The notes under the pieces are model-generated. The model had not been told where the DNA came from. It made no database searches and worked only from the letters and a program-made list of their open reading frames with translations. Positions 55,306-63,315 of a DNA stretch of 64,000 nucleotides are shown here, one piece after another; positions within the stretch are counted from its first letter, which is position 1; the number at the start of each line of letters is the position of its first letter. This DNA comes from an uncultured Candidatus Saccharimonas sp. (GTDB taxonomy: Bacteria; Patescibacteriota; Saccharimonadia; Saccharimonadales; OMJO01). The stretch is from the NCBI GenBank assembly GCA_943353165.1, contig CALRAM010000001.1, forward strand, positions 173,803-237,802, in the 5' to 3' direction. The position numbers were made by a program, and so were the translations under genes.

Positions 55306-55665
55306 TTAGCTAGACATCAAACGCCAGTATCTACCGGCTCGCACAGCAACGATGCTACGGTCGATTCCGGCAAAATCCAGCAGGTGCTGTTCTATAGAAA
55401 AGCGTCCTTGCTTTTCGTCCAGCATACCTTCGGTTTTACCAGATCTGAATTGTACGTTCAGGTCGGCCGTTTCTTCATCTAGGATATTTCCCTGAAGACT
55501 CGGTTCTACCTGTTCGTCCCAAACAGATTGCGGGTACAGATGTAGGTACTTCTGAAACCCTTTCGTTACCACTACCCCGGTGCTAAATTCGGCTCGAAGC
55601 TCGGCAGGTATAGTCAACCGCCGCTTATCATCAAGCTTTCGTTCGAAGTAGTCTACCGTGGACAT
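55306..55665 (-). CDS. mraZ: Transcriptional regulator MraZ (short, 119 aa)
   Basis: KLDDKRRLTIPAELR is the first SpoVT/AbrB-type repeat. A second DEKQGRFSIEQHL repeat follows. It is the first gene of the dcw cluster. Confidence 0.8.
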   Translation of the reverse strand: MSTVDYFERKLDDKRRLTIPAELRAEFSTGVVVTKGFQKYLHLYPQSVWDEQVEPSLQGNILDEETADLNVQFRSGKTEGMLDEKQGRFSIEQHLLDFAGIDRSIVAVRAGRYWRLMSS

Positions 55666-55726
55666 TGGTACCTCTTTAAAGTTGCCAGTGGTTTTTGTTT
55701 TATTGTTGGTAGTCAGTTTTTTGGAC

Positions 55727-55780
55727 TACCCACGATTACCCACTGAATTGACTATACTACCCACACCTACCCACTTGCAA
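55727..55780 (-). promoter_or_regulatory. mraZ promoter overlapped by four GTGGGTA direct repeats (putative MraZ operator)
   Basis: The plus strand carries TACCCAC at 55727-33, 55737-43, 55758-64 and 55768-74, giving 10-nt spacing within each pair. The minus strand reads TTGCAA (55780-75), 18 nt, TATAGT (55756-51). Two repeats lie in the spacer and two just downstream of the -10. Confidence 0.6.
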
Positions 55781-55817
55781 GTACTTTATTGCCATAAAAC
55801 CACATTATTGCCCATAG

Positions 55818-55826
55818 TTATCCACA
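55818..55826 (+). promoter_or_regulatory. DnaA-box-like 9-mer TTATCCACA upstream of the mraZ promoter
   Basis: A perfect consensus 9-mer embedded in a 27-nt motif that is also present at 46989-47016. Confidence 0.4.
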
Positions 55827-55841
55827 GTTTGTAGTAATATT

Positions 55842-55865
55842 AAAAACCACCACTAGATGTGGTGG
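55842..55865 (-). terminator. Intrinsic terminator after the 55893..56363 gene
   Basis: On the minus strand: CCACCAC-ATCTA-GTGGTGG followed by TTTTTAAT. Confidence 0.65.
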
Positions 55866-55892
55866 TTTGCTTCTAGCCCAAAACACTAGAGC

Positions 55893-56363
55893 TTATTTTT
55901 CTGTTGGAGCTTTGTGAACTATAAGTGGGTCTCCTGCATCAAAGCCAGGGTGTCCTATTCCGTCGGCATCATTAGCCTTATCTTCGGCAATTAACAAATC
56001 ACTAACTTTTCTATTGTCAGAATCTGGCTGAGTTTCTTCTGCAATACCAAATGCCGTATCTCCTGGTTGTATAATTGTCTCTTCAAAATCTGGAAAAGCC
56101 TTTGGGTTGTCTTCATATTCTTTAACCGTGGGATATGAAGGAACGGATTCCTGCAATGATTTAGCAGCTACCAAGGATCCTACCGCAGTTAAAGCTATAA
56201 CAGCAACTGTACCAGCTTTCTTAGCAATCCTCCCAAATCCTGCCCTACGAACTTCTGTGTCTGTTGCCCCTCGCGCTTCTCTAATTCCAATAGACTTTTT
56301 GCCAGAGTTGTATAGAATTTTTTGTGGTATGTTTATATTTTGTGGTGTTTTTGTCATGAACAT
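55893..56363 (-). CDS. Hypothetical membrane-anchored protein (weak LysM-like C-terminus)
   Basis: The track ORF runs to 56537 and would overlap the GH1 gene by 124 nt. The Met at 56363 (MFMTKTPQ..) avoids this. TM helix TVAVIALTAVGSLVAA. IIQPGDTAFGIAEE is LysM-like. Confidence 0.4.
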   Translation of the reverse strand: MFMTKTPQNINIPQKILYNSGKKSIGIREARGATDTEVRRAGFGRIAKKAGTVAVIALTAVGSLVAAKSLQESVPSYPTVKEYEDNPKAFPDFEETIIQPGDTAFGIAEETQPDSDNRKVSDLLIAEDKANDADGIGHPGFDAGDPLIVHKAPTEK

Positions 56364-56413
56364 ATAATAGCAAACATCTTGCCTTTTGTCAACCTCTAGC
56401 ATTATGCTGCTTG

Positions 56414-57676
56414 CTACTTCATCAATTCTTTGATGTGGGCGGCCAACCACAAGGCACTGGGTCGGATAGTTCGTTTCATATCGTTTTCTCTGTCTATTTC
56501 TACGAGTCCAAATTTTGGCCACCAACCGTGCTTCCATTCAAAATTATCCAACAAACTCCAATGAAAATAGCCTCTCAGATCTACACCCTCGCTGATTGCT
56601 CGCTCCATAGCGATAATAGTTTCTTCTAGCCACCAGCGCCTGTATTTGTCTTCGCTGTCAGCCAAACCGTTTTCTGTTATAAATATTGGCTTTTTATAAT
56701 GAGCCCAAACCCTGAGTAACAAAGGATATAGCCCCTCTGGCTCCATATACCATCCCAAATCACTGACCGGAATTTTGGGATTTTCTCTTTTGAAAACGTT
56801 TGTATAATAGTCAGAAAAATAGTAATTACACCCTATAAAATCGGAACTATGTTTTATACGATTCAAAAACCACCAGTTCCAGACATATCGCATAGCTTCG
56901 ACCGAAATTTCGTCAAAAACATTTCTGGGCCTTTTGGCCTGAATATTTGCCAACTGTGAGGCTATGCCTATTTGTAGCTTTGGGTTGCTTGTTTTTAGAA
57001 TTTTGTAGGCTCTCCTGTGGGCGATAACCAGATTCCATATTACCCTACTAGAACTTAATACGCTTTTTTCCTGCGGTGGCCATCTGCCAGTCAAATAACC
57101 AAAGGATGCGAAAACATTTGGCTCGTTTATGGTTATAACGTAGGTAATGTCTTGAGCAAACTCTTTAGCGATTTTTTCAACGAATCTTTGAAAATATTTG
57201 ACGTTTGTACGCTTTTTGAAACCACCAATTTCTTCGAACCATGTAGGTGATGTCCAATGCCAAATATTCAGTATAGGTTCTAAGTTGCGTTTTTGTAGTT
57301 CTGCTATGTATTGTCTGTAATGCGTCACAGCCTCCTCGTCCCACTCGCCCTTTGTTGGCTCTATACGAGACCATTCTATGCTAAAGCGTAGGCTGTCTAG
57401 ATTAAGTTTTTTGGCTATATCAAAATCTTCTTTGTACCGGCTAAAATGCTCTACGCCTTTTCCAGAAATATAGTTCTCTGGGTCGGTAGCTTGGTTTTTT
57501 ATTTTGTTCCAGCGCGGCAGCCAACCTAGACGATCTTCTGCGGTTTTGGCTAATTGTTTAGCATGCGCCAACTCCCATACTGTCCACTGATTTACTGTTC
57601 CCCCTTCTACCTGATGAGAAGCTGTGCTGGCGCCCCACATAAAGTCTCTGGGAAATACTCTTTTATCCATAAACAC
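56414..57676 (-). CDS. Glycoside hydrolase family 1 (beta-glucosidase-like)
   Basis: Acid/base motif TINEPNV and nucleophile motif ITENG(LAD). N-terminal FMWGASTASHQVEG. Confidence 0.88.
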   Translation of the reverse strand: MFMDKRVFPRDFMWGASTASHQVEGGTVNQWTVWELAHAKQLAKTAEDRLGWLPRWNKIKNQATDPENYISGKGVEHFSRYKEDFDIAKKLNLDSLRFSIEWSRIEPTKGEWDEEAVTHYRQYIAELQKRNLEPILNIWHWTSPTWFEEIGGFKKRTNVKYFQRFVEKIAKEFAQDITYVITINEPNVFASFGYLTGRWPPQEKSVLSSSRVIWNLVIAHRRAYKILKTSNPKLQIGIASQLANIQAKRPRNVFDEISVEAMRYVWNWWFLNRIKHSSDFIGCNYYFSDYYTNVFKRENPKIPVSDLGWYMEPEGLYPLLLRVWAHYKKPIFITENGLADSEDKYRRWWLEETIIAMERAISEGVDLRGYFHWSLLDNFEWKHGWWPKFGLVEIDRENDMKRTIRPSALWLAAHIKELMK

Positions 57677-57684
57677 ATTATAGC

Positions 57685-58191
57685 CTAAATCTTGCGACTA
57701 TCGTAGGACCAATGCATCACGGCCTGGCGTTGCCGTCTGCGACAAGTCATATCTCCGGGCATGCAAGCTTTTTTTAGCTGCGTAGTATGCCTTGTCATAG
57801 CAACCCATCGTTTTATCTGACGTTGGTCTTCTGTTGGAATTCGTCTACCTACAAAATATCTACAGTACCACTGGAACCAACCCCGTGGATCATCAGGGTA
57901 AATCCAGCCCTTTTCTTGCCAAACTTTTAGCGGCTGGCTTGCCATTACTTCAAAATAGTTATATTTGGCATCTGGGCCATGGTCGCTTAGTCTAGCATTT
58001 TCAAACCAATCTTTTGGGTACTCGCTAACGCAGTCGTTTAAATAATGGCCGCCAAAAACACCAAGTTCTAGCATTTGCTTTGGCGTTAGCTGTGGCTCAA
58101 AATCTTTCTGAAAATCTGCGCCATAACGGGCCACTATTTCGTAGTTATAGTTCTTTTGTATGTCATCGTTTACTGTTATTTTTTTAGGCAT
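57685..58191 (-). CDS. Conserved hypothetical protein (DPRGWFQWYCRY..GRR motif family)
   Basis: 168 aa, soluble. I recognise the motif but cannot name its family. It overlaps the NYN gene by 8 nt, suggesting translational coupling. Confidence 0.45.
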   Translation of the reverse strand: MPKKITVNDDIQKNYNYEIVARYGADFQKDFEPQLTPKQMLELGVFGGHYLNDCVSEYPKDWFENARLSDHGPDAKYNYFEVMASQPLKVWQEKGWIYPDDPRGWFQWYCRYFVGRRIPTEDQRQIKRWVAMTRHTTQLKKACMPGDMTCRRRQRQAVMHWSYDSRKI

Positions 58192-58756
58192 TTTTTTTAA
58201 ATGGTCGCCGGATACTTCTGTAGGAAAGTTGGCGCTTTAGTTGATCTATACGTATGATGCTATCTTCAAATCTTTTTAACAATCCTGAATATTGCCAGTT
58301 AGGAGCCATGATATAGCCCAATTTTCCTATTTCCTGCAAGTACTCTGCCAAGCAAAGGAAGTCTCCATCGCCTGAAACTATGATAGCTTTGTCATAATCT
58401 TTTAGCTCTTTCATAGCCCATAGCACCAGTTCGGCATCAATGTTGCCCTTTATTGGCTTTTTTTCTTCAGTTTTGATGGAGTCTGCTGTTGTTTCTGTAT
58501 TTTTTTGGGGTTCTGCCTGCACTCTGGTCATATCTGAAGTTGGCTTTAGTACTACCAGATAACCCAGCTCGTGCATATGAACGTACATATCCTCGAATTC
58601 TGGCACGTGACCGATGAACATATACGCCTTTGTCACTCCGTATTGTTTTTCCAGATATTGCCTAAATTTACGCCAGTCTAGCTTCCACCCCATTTTTTGG
58701 ACCCCCAGATTCAAATTCTGGCTATCTATAAATGCATAGGTATTTGGTTTCTTCAT
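58184..58756 (-). CDS. NYN-domain (LabA/DUF88-like) predicted ribonuclease
   Basis: AFIDSQNL (first acidic motif), GNIDAELV and IIVSGDGDF, all characteristic of NYN/PIN-like nucleases. Confidence 0.7.
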   Translation of the reverse strand: MKKPNTYAFIDSQNLNLGVQKMGWKLDWRKFRQYLEKQYGVTKAYMFIGHVPEFEDMYVHMHELGYLVVLKPTSDMTRVQAEPQKNTETTADSIKTEEKKPIKGNIDAELVLWAMKELKDYDKAIIVSGDGDFLCLAEYLQEIGKLGYIMAPNWQYSGLLKRFEDSIIRIDQLKRQLSYRSIRRPFKKNA

Positions 58757-58843
58757 TTCATCTTTTATTATCGCACAAAAGCAGGTATTTTGGTTTTTTT
58801 GTCTAACATAAGCATCGAAATTGCAGGGGTAGTATTTTTTCGG

Positions 58844-59254
58844 TTATACCGATACCCCTATTTTTTGATTGGCGTCCAATAGTTTTATGTACTGCTCTTC
58901 AACATAATCTTTGAAATAAGCTTCTTCAATACAAAAAGTAGGCCCTTCGTCTGAGTCCCAAAACTCTGTTTCCTCGAAACCATTAATTAGCCCATTATGA
59001 ATTGTTTCGATGGCCGACCAATCGCTGGTCAGGTCCTCCTTCAAAAAAGCAAATTTGACAGCCACCAACCCCGTGTTTCTAGAAACTTCTTCTACCCTAA
59101 CTGTTTGTTTTGCAGCTTTGCGTTCATCGTCGCCTAAACGCATCATCATAGTATATAGTCCGTCAGATTCAAGTTCACCCTCTAGGGCGCGCAAAGATAT
59201 ACTATTTTTATATTCGCCAATACTGCAATAATTACCTATTTCAAAAAAACTCAT
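58844..59254 (-). CDS. Hypothetical acidic protein
   Basis: 136-aa ORF with no TM helix or signal peptide and no recognisable motif. Confidence 0.35.
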   Translation of the reverse strand: MSFFEIGNYCSIGEYKNSISLRALEGELESDGLYTMMMRLGDDERKAAKQTVRVEEVSRNTGLVAVKFAFLKEDLTSDWSAIETIHNGLINGFEETEFWDSDEGPTFCIEEAYFKDYVEEQYIKLLDANQKIGVSV

Positions 59255-59307
59255 AAACTATACGATAGTACAATTTTAGGCTAGATACAAGTTTTTATTT
59301 ATACCGC

Positions 59308-60648
59308 TCACAGATTTACTATGTCAACACGTTTCTGCTTGGTCGTATCTCTGTCCCTGACGGTTACGGTATTGTCGTCCATAGTTTGGAAATCTATAGT
59401 TACACATTTAGGAGTTCCTATTTCGTCTTGGCGTCTATATCTTTTGCCAATATTTCCATTATCGTCCCACATTACCCCGTTACTGTACGATGGATTATCT
59501 TTTAGCAATTCATATACTTCGCGAGCTTTGGCTACCAATTCTGGCTTGTTTTTTAGTAGTGGAGAAACTGCTATTTTGTATGGAGCCAGTTTAGGGTCAA
59601 GCTTTAGAACAACTCTTTTTTCACCATTTATTTCCTCTACATGGTAGGCGGCGGTTAAGACAGCCATCAGTATTCGTCCGACTCCAACTGATGATTCTAT
59701 AACAAAAGGCGTAAATCTTTCCTTTGTTTCATCGTCGTAATAGCTGAGATCTTTGCCGCTGGCTTTTGAGTGGTTGCTTAGGTCAAAATCTGTACGGTCA
59801 TGTGTTCCCCACAGCTCCTTGAAGCCTTGAGGAAACCTGAAGTATATATCGTGAGCAGCCGCAGCATAATGCGCCCGTTCATCTTTGTCGTGCTCGTGCC
59901 ACTGCAAATCGGATTCATCTATACCTAGCCTATTTGTCAGAAATTCCCAGGCAAACTTGCGCCATTGCTCGTATGATTTCTTTTGAGCTTGCGGTTTTAT
60001 AAAATATTGCATTTCCATTTGTTCTAATTCTCGTACACGAAAAATAAAATCACGGGGACTAATCTCGTTTCTAAAAGTTTTTCCTATCTGAGCAATCCCA
60101 AACGGTAATTTAGCTCGCATAGTTTCTCTTACATTTTCGTAATTAGTAAACATAGGGCCGGCAGTTTCGGGACGCAAATAAGCCACAGATGAAGAATCCT
60201 CTACAGGACCTACCCAGGTTTTCATCATCATATTATAAAATCGTGGTGGTGTCAGGGTTTTTTTGCCACAAGCAGGACATACTTTGTCCTTTAATAATTT
60301 TGTCAATTCTTTGATATCGTTGGTATCTTTTCCAGCCAAATGGTCTGCTCTGTGTCTAGCTCCGCAATTTTTGCAATCAACCAATGGATCGGTAAATCCA
60401 GCAACATGCCCGCTGGCTTCCCATAGCTTTGGGTTTTGAATTATGGCGCTATCTAGGCCGAATATATTATCATTTTCTCTGACCATGGCATTCCACCATT
60501 CAGCCTTGATGTTATTTACCAGTTCTACGCCCAATGGGCCGTAGTCATAGAAGCCCGCCAATCCTCCATAAATTTCGCTAGACTGAAACACGAATCCCCT
60601 ACGCTTGCAAAGAGATACTATGCCTTCTAGTGTTACGTTTTTAGTCAT
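59308..60648 (-). CDS. glyQS: Glycine--tRNA ligase (alpha2-type)
   Basis: Class II motifs: YLRPETAGPMF and FRNEISPRDFIFRVREL. A C-terminal anticodon-binding domain is present. Confidence 0.92.
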   Translation of the reverse strand: MTKNVTLEGIVSLCKRRGFVFQSSEIYGGLAGFYDYGPLGVELVNNIKAEWWNAMVRENDNIFGLDSAIIQNPKLWEASGHVAGFTDPLVDCKNCGARHRADHLAGKDTNDIKELTKLLKDKVCPACGKKTLTPPRFYNMMMKTWVGPVEDSSSVAYLRPETAGPMFTNYENVRETMRAKLPFGIAQIGKTFRNEISPRDFIFRVRELEQMEMQYFIKPQAQKKSYEQWRKFAWEFLTNRLGIDESDLQWHEHDKDERAHYAAAAHDIYFRFPQGFKELWGTHDRTDFDLSNHSKASGKDLSYYDDETKERFTPFVIESSVGVGRILMAVLTAAYHVEEINGEKRVVLKLDPKLAPYKIAVSPLLKNKPELVAKAREVYELLKDNPSYSNGVMWDDNGNIGKRYRRQDEIGTPKCVTIDFQTMDDNTVTVRDRDTTKQKRVDIVNL

Positions 60649-60749
60649 AATGTTACAAATTATAACGGATTTATCGACATTGTTCTAACTCTAGTGCTTT
60701 ATGGTACGGCTATAATTTCTGGCAGGTTTTGCAAAAACTTTTGTTTCTA

Positions 60750-62180
60750 CTATTCTAGTTCTTCTATGTGCCTGTATAATCTAGCGATTTCGTCTGGGTT
60801 TTCTCCATAGGAATCATTTAGGTAGACTTCCCTGTCACCACCTTCAAAATTATATTTCACCTCATTCCAGTTTACGGAGCGAACTCTAATAGATCTTTTT
60901 GGAACTACATTTCGCAAGCATCTGATAATTTCGCCGCGTAGTTCGGCACGGCCTTTTGGCGGATTTTTTACTAAATGAGGGGCTAGGCTAATGGCGTCTA
61001 GTGGATCATCGAAATGCCCCAATTTTCGTAGTTTTATGGCTATACCGTTATAGTTTAGGTCTCCCCACATTCTGTCGATTGCGCGGGCATGGACATAATC
61101 AGTCGTTGAACCCGTTCGGGATTTTGCTGATTTTATGATGTGATCCTTGGCTATCCAATCAACCTTGTTTTTCAAAAATTCCTTATCCTTGGGGCTGTCA
61201 ACTAAATGTTCGGCTGCAGCGTACCATTCGTTAGCCATTATTTTCTCGTCTTCAGGGACGGATACCGTTTCTATGAACTCCAGTGCCAGCTCGGCTAATG
61301 CTAGCTGCACCTCGGCCGAGCGAATCTTTACCCCACTATCTAGCTCGACCAGCTTGGACAGTTTATTGTCTTTTGCCACACTCACTGTTACATTTGCAGG
61401 CCTGTATAGTTTTAAGTCATTCATGTTTACACCATGTTCCATCATTCGCAGAACCAACGAAGTCGACGCAATCTTGTAGGCGGATGACCATGGAATCATA
61501 TTTGGATCTCCAGAAACTATATGTAGTCTTCGAAAATTGTTATTACTAGAAAAACTTTCGTCACGTGTATTGATATGCGGCTTGCTGATACTGCTTGTAG
61601 TCGTAGAACTGATGGGTGTTTTTACGTGTTGAGCTTTTTGAGCTACAAAATATTTACCGGTTCTGCACTCCACATGTCCAGCTCCTGATAAAATCATTCT
61701 AGTGGATAGGTGCGTAATCAACCCGTTCCAATGATCAGAATAACCATCCCAACTTTCTGATTTTTCTGGATTTATGCGTTCTAATGTTTGATAATTCTCG
61801 TGGACACCCCAGCTGATTTTTGGATCATCTCCAATAACTCTGTTGTTGAGCCTAAAATGTTGTTGTTCCAATTTACCGCCATGCAAATCTACGATTTCGG
61901 ACATTATGATTTCCCCAGCGATAACAGCCGCAACTGTCTCTCTAATGGTCTGACACTCTGGTGTCGCATACTCTGGATGATTGCCAGAATCTACATATAT
62001 CCTTGACCCATTCTGGGAAAACTGTTGAATAGTGCCCAGTTTTTTAGTCATTCTGCGACCCTCAAACAATTCGTAGATTGGTTGCTCGTACGGATTAATC
62101 TCTAGCTCTGATTCAATGCCGTAAATTCTACGTACAGGTTCAATCTCTGGACAATCAGAATAAAAATTCAACGAGGACAT
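60750..62180 (-). CDS. Pup-ligase/deamidase-family protein (PafA/Dop homolog)
   Basis: RRIYGIESELE and NGSRIYVDSGNHPEYATPEC(Q) match the N-terminal carboxylate-amine-ligase core of PafA/Dop. The 476-aa length is typical of the family. Confidence 0.7.
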   Translation of the reverse strand: MSSLNFYSDCPEIEPVRRIYGIESELEINPYEQPIYELFEGRRMTKKLGTIQQFSQNGSRIYVDSGNHPEYATPECQTIRETVAAVIAGEIIMSEIVDLHGGKLEQQHFRLNNRVIGDDPKISWGVHENYQTLERINPEKSESWDGYSDHWNGLITHLSTRMILSGAGHVECRTGKYFVAQKAQHVKTPISSTTTSSISKPHINTRDESFSSNNNFRRLHIVSGDPNMIPWSSAYKIASTSLVLRMMEHGVNMNDLKLYRPANVTVSVAKDNKLSKLVELDSGVKIRSAEVQLALAELALEFIETVSVPEDEKIMANEWYAAAEHLVDSPKDKEFLKNKVDWIAKDHIIKSAKSRTGSTTDYVHARAIDRMWGDLNYNGIAIKLRKLGHFDDPLDAISLAPHLVKNPPKGRAELRGEIIRCLRNVVPKRSIRVRSVNWNEVKYNFEGGDREVYLNDSYGENPDEIARLYRHIEELE

Positions 62181-62248
62181 AAAACAATCCTTTTTCTTAG
62201 ATATTGCAAAATTATAGCAACATAACCCAGAAAATGTTACTGCTAATG

Positions 62249-62938
62249 CTAGCCGTATGACAAATTAATGCTGTTTTTGGCCAGTACCGCTACTGGTAAT
62301 ACTAACTTTTTTATTCCTGAAATTTTTGCTAAAATGGCTGGGTTTTTAGTCCTAAATGCAAGTCTCATGAGTTTTATATGACTTACGTTAAACTGACCCT
62401 CTGTATTGGGAACGAACAACATATTATCATAATCAAAACTATACTTTTGGTCTGCTTTCAGCTGGTTTCCGCCTAGATCTACAGACAAGTTCGGGCTGTG
62501 CCCTCCTAGCCTCAACAGTTGGAAATCAAACCAAAACTCTAGTACATCACTATTAATATTTAGATTATCTAGCCCCCCGAAAGCACCTTCAAGCAAATCA
62601 AAATAATCGTCCTCTACTGCATCTTCTGTAATTTTATTTATTCTTTTTATAAAATCATAGCCCAGCATTGTGCGCTGGATATCTTTTACTATGTTTCCAT
62701 AATGTTTTTGGAGCCTGGAAGATATTAGGGTTTTGATTTCTCCCCTACCCGGCAAAAAAGTTATCTGGCAGATACTAAAAAGCTCAATACCACCGGCAAG
62801 TTTTGACAGTGGTCTGCGTACACCCTTTGCAATTACCCTAATTTTTCCTTGACCACGAGTTAACATTGTCACAATTCTATCTGCTTCTTTGAAGTCTGTT
62901 CTGTAAAGGACTATAGCTGTCGTGACTATAGCTCTCAT
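62249..62938 (-). CDS. recO: DNA repair protein RecO
   Basis: OB-fold N-terminus (AIVLYRTDFKEADRIVTMLTRGQGKIRVIAKGVRR) and a helical C-domain. Confidence 0.8.
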   Translation of the reverse strand: MRAIVTTAIVLYRTDFKEADRIVTMLTRGQGKIRVIAKGVRRPLSKLAGGIELFSICQITFLPGRGEIKTLISSRLQKHYGNIVKDIQRTMLGYDFIKRINKITEDAVEDDYFDLLEGAFGGLDNLNINSDVLEFWFDFQLLRLGGHSPNLSVDLGGNQLKADQKYSFDYDNMLFVPNTEGQFNVSHIKLMRLAFRTKNPAILAKISGIKKLVLPVAVLAKNSINLSYG

Positions 62939-63315
62939 TTTATAGCCAATTTTGGCATAGTCTGAACTAAGGTAATCAACTGTTGCAGAGAAGTTTGTGG
63001 TTTATAAAGATAGCCCACTACATTAAGCGTTCGTAGAACTTCTCTGGACTGATTAAAAGCTTCTAGTTGCACAAATGAATGGATCAAAACAGGAATATTC
63101 TGCAAATCCGCATACGACCTTAGCTCGTACAAAAACTCTATGCCACTATGTCCAACCAGTTGAGGCTCCAAGATTATTAAATCAGGCAGCTGAGCATCTA
63201 ACGCCAATATAGCCGACTGAGCTTGTCCCATGACAGTTATCTCGTAGCCAACAGCATTTAAAGCGTTGCTATAAATTTTTGCTAACACCAAATCTGGCTC
63301 TATAAGAAGAATCAT
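62935..63315 (-). CDS. Atypical receiver-domain protein (phospho-acceptor Asp replaced by Glu)
   Basis: The receiver fold is conserved (YLYKP Lys, IHS Ser). The acceptor context is DLIILEPQL instead of ..D.., and the N-terminal acidic pair reads EPD. It overlaps recO and the upstream gene by 4 nt each. Confidence 0.65.
   Translation of the reverse strand: MILLIEPDLVLAKIYSNALNAVGYEITVMGQAQSAILALDAQLPDLIILEPQLVGHSGIEFLYELRSYADLQNIPVLIHSFVQLEAFNQSREVLRTLNVVGYLYKPQTSLQQLITLVQTMPKLAIK

Noticed and set aside
60649-62248. A Pup-like small gene flanking the PafA/Dop homolog.
   Set aside because: The 100-bp and 68-bp flanking gaps contain only promoter/SD-like sequence (TATAAT, AAAAAGGA). No ORF ends in GGQ/GGE.
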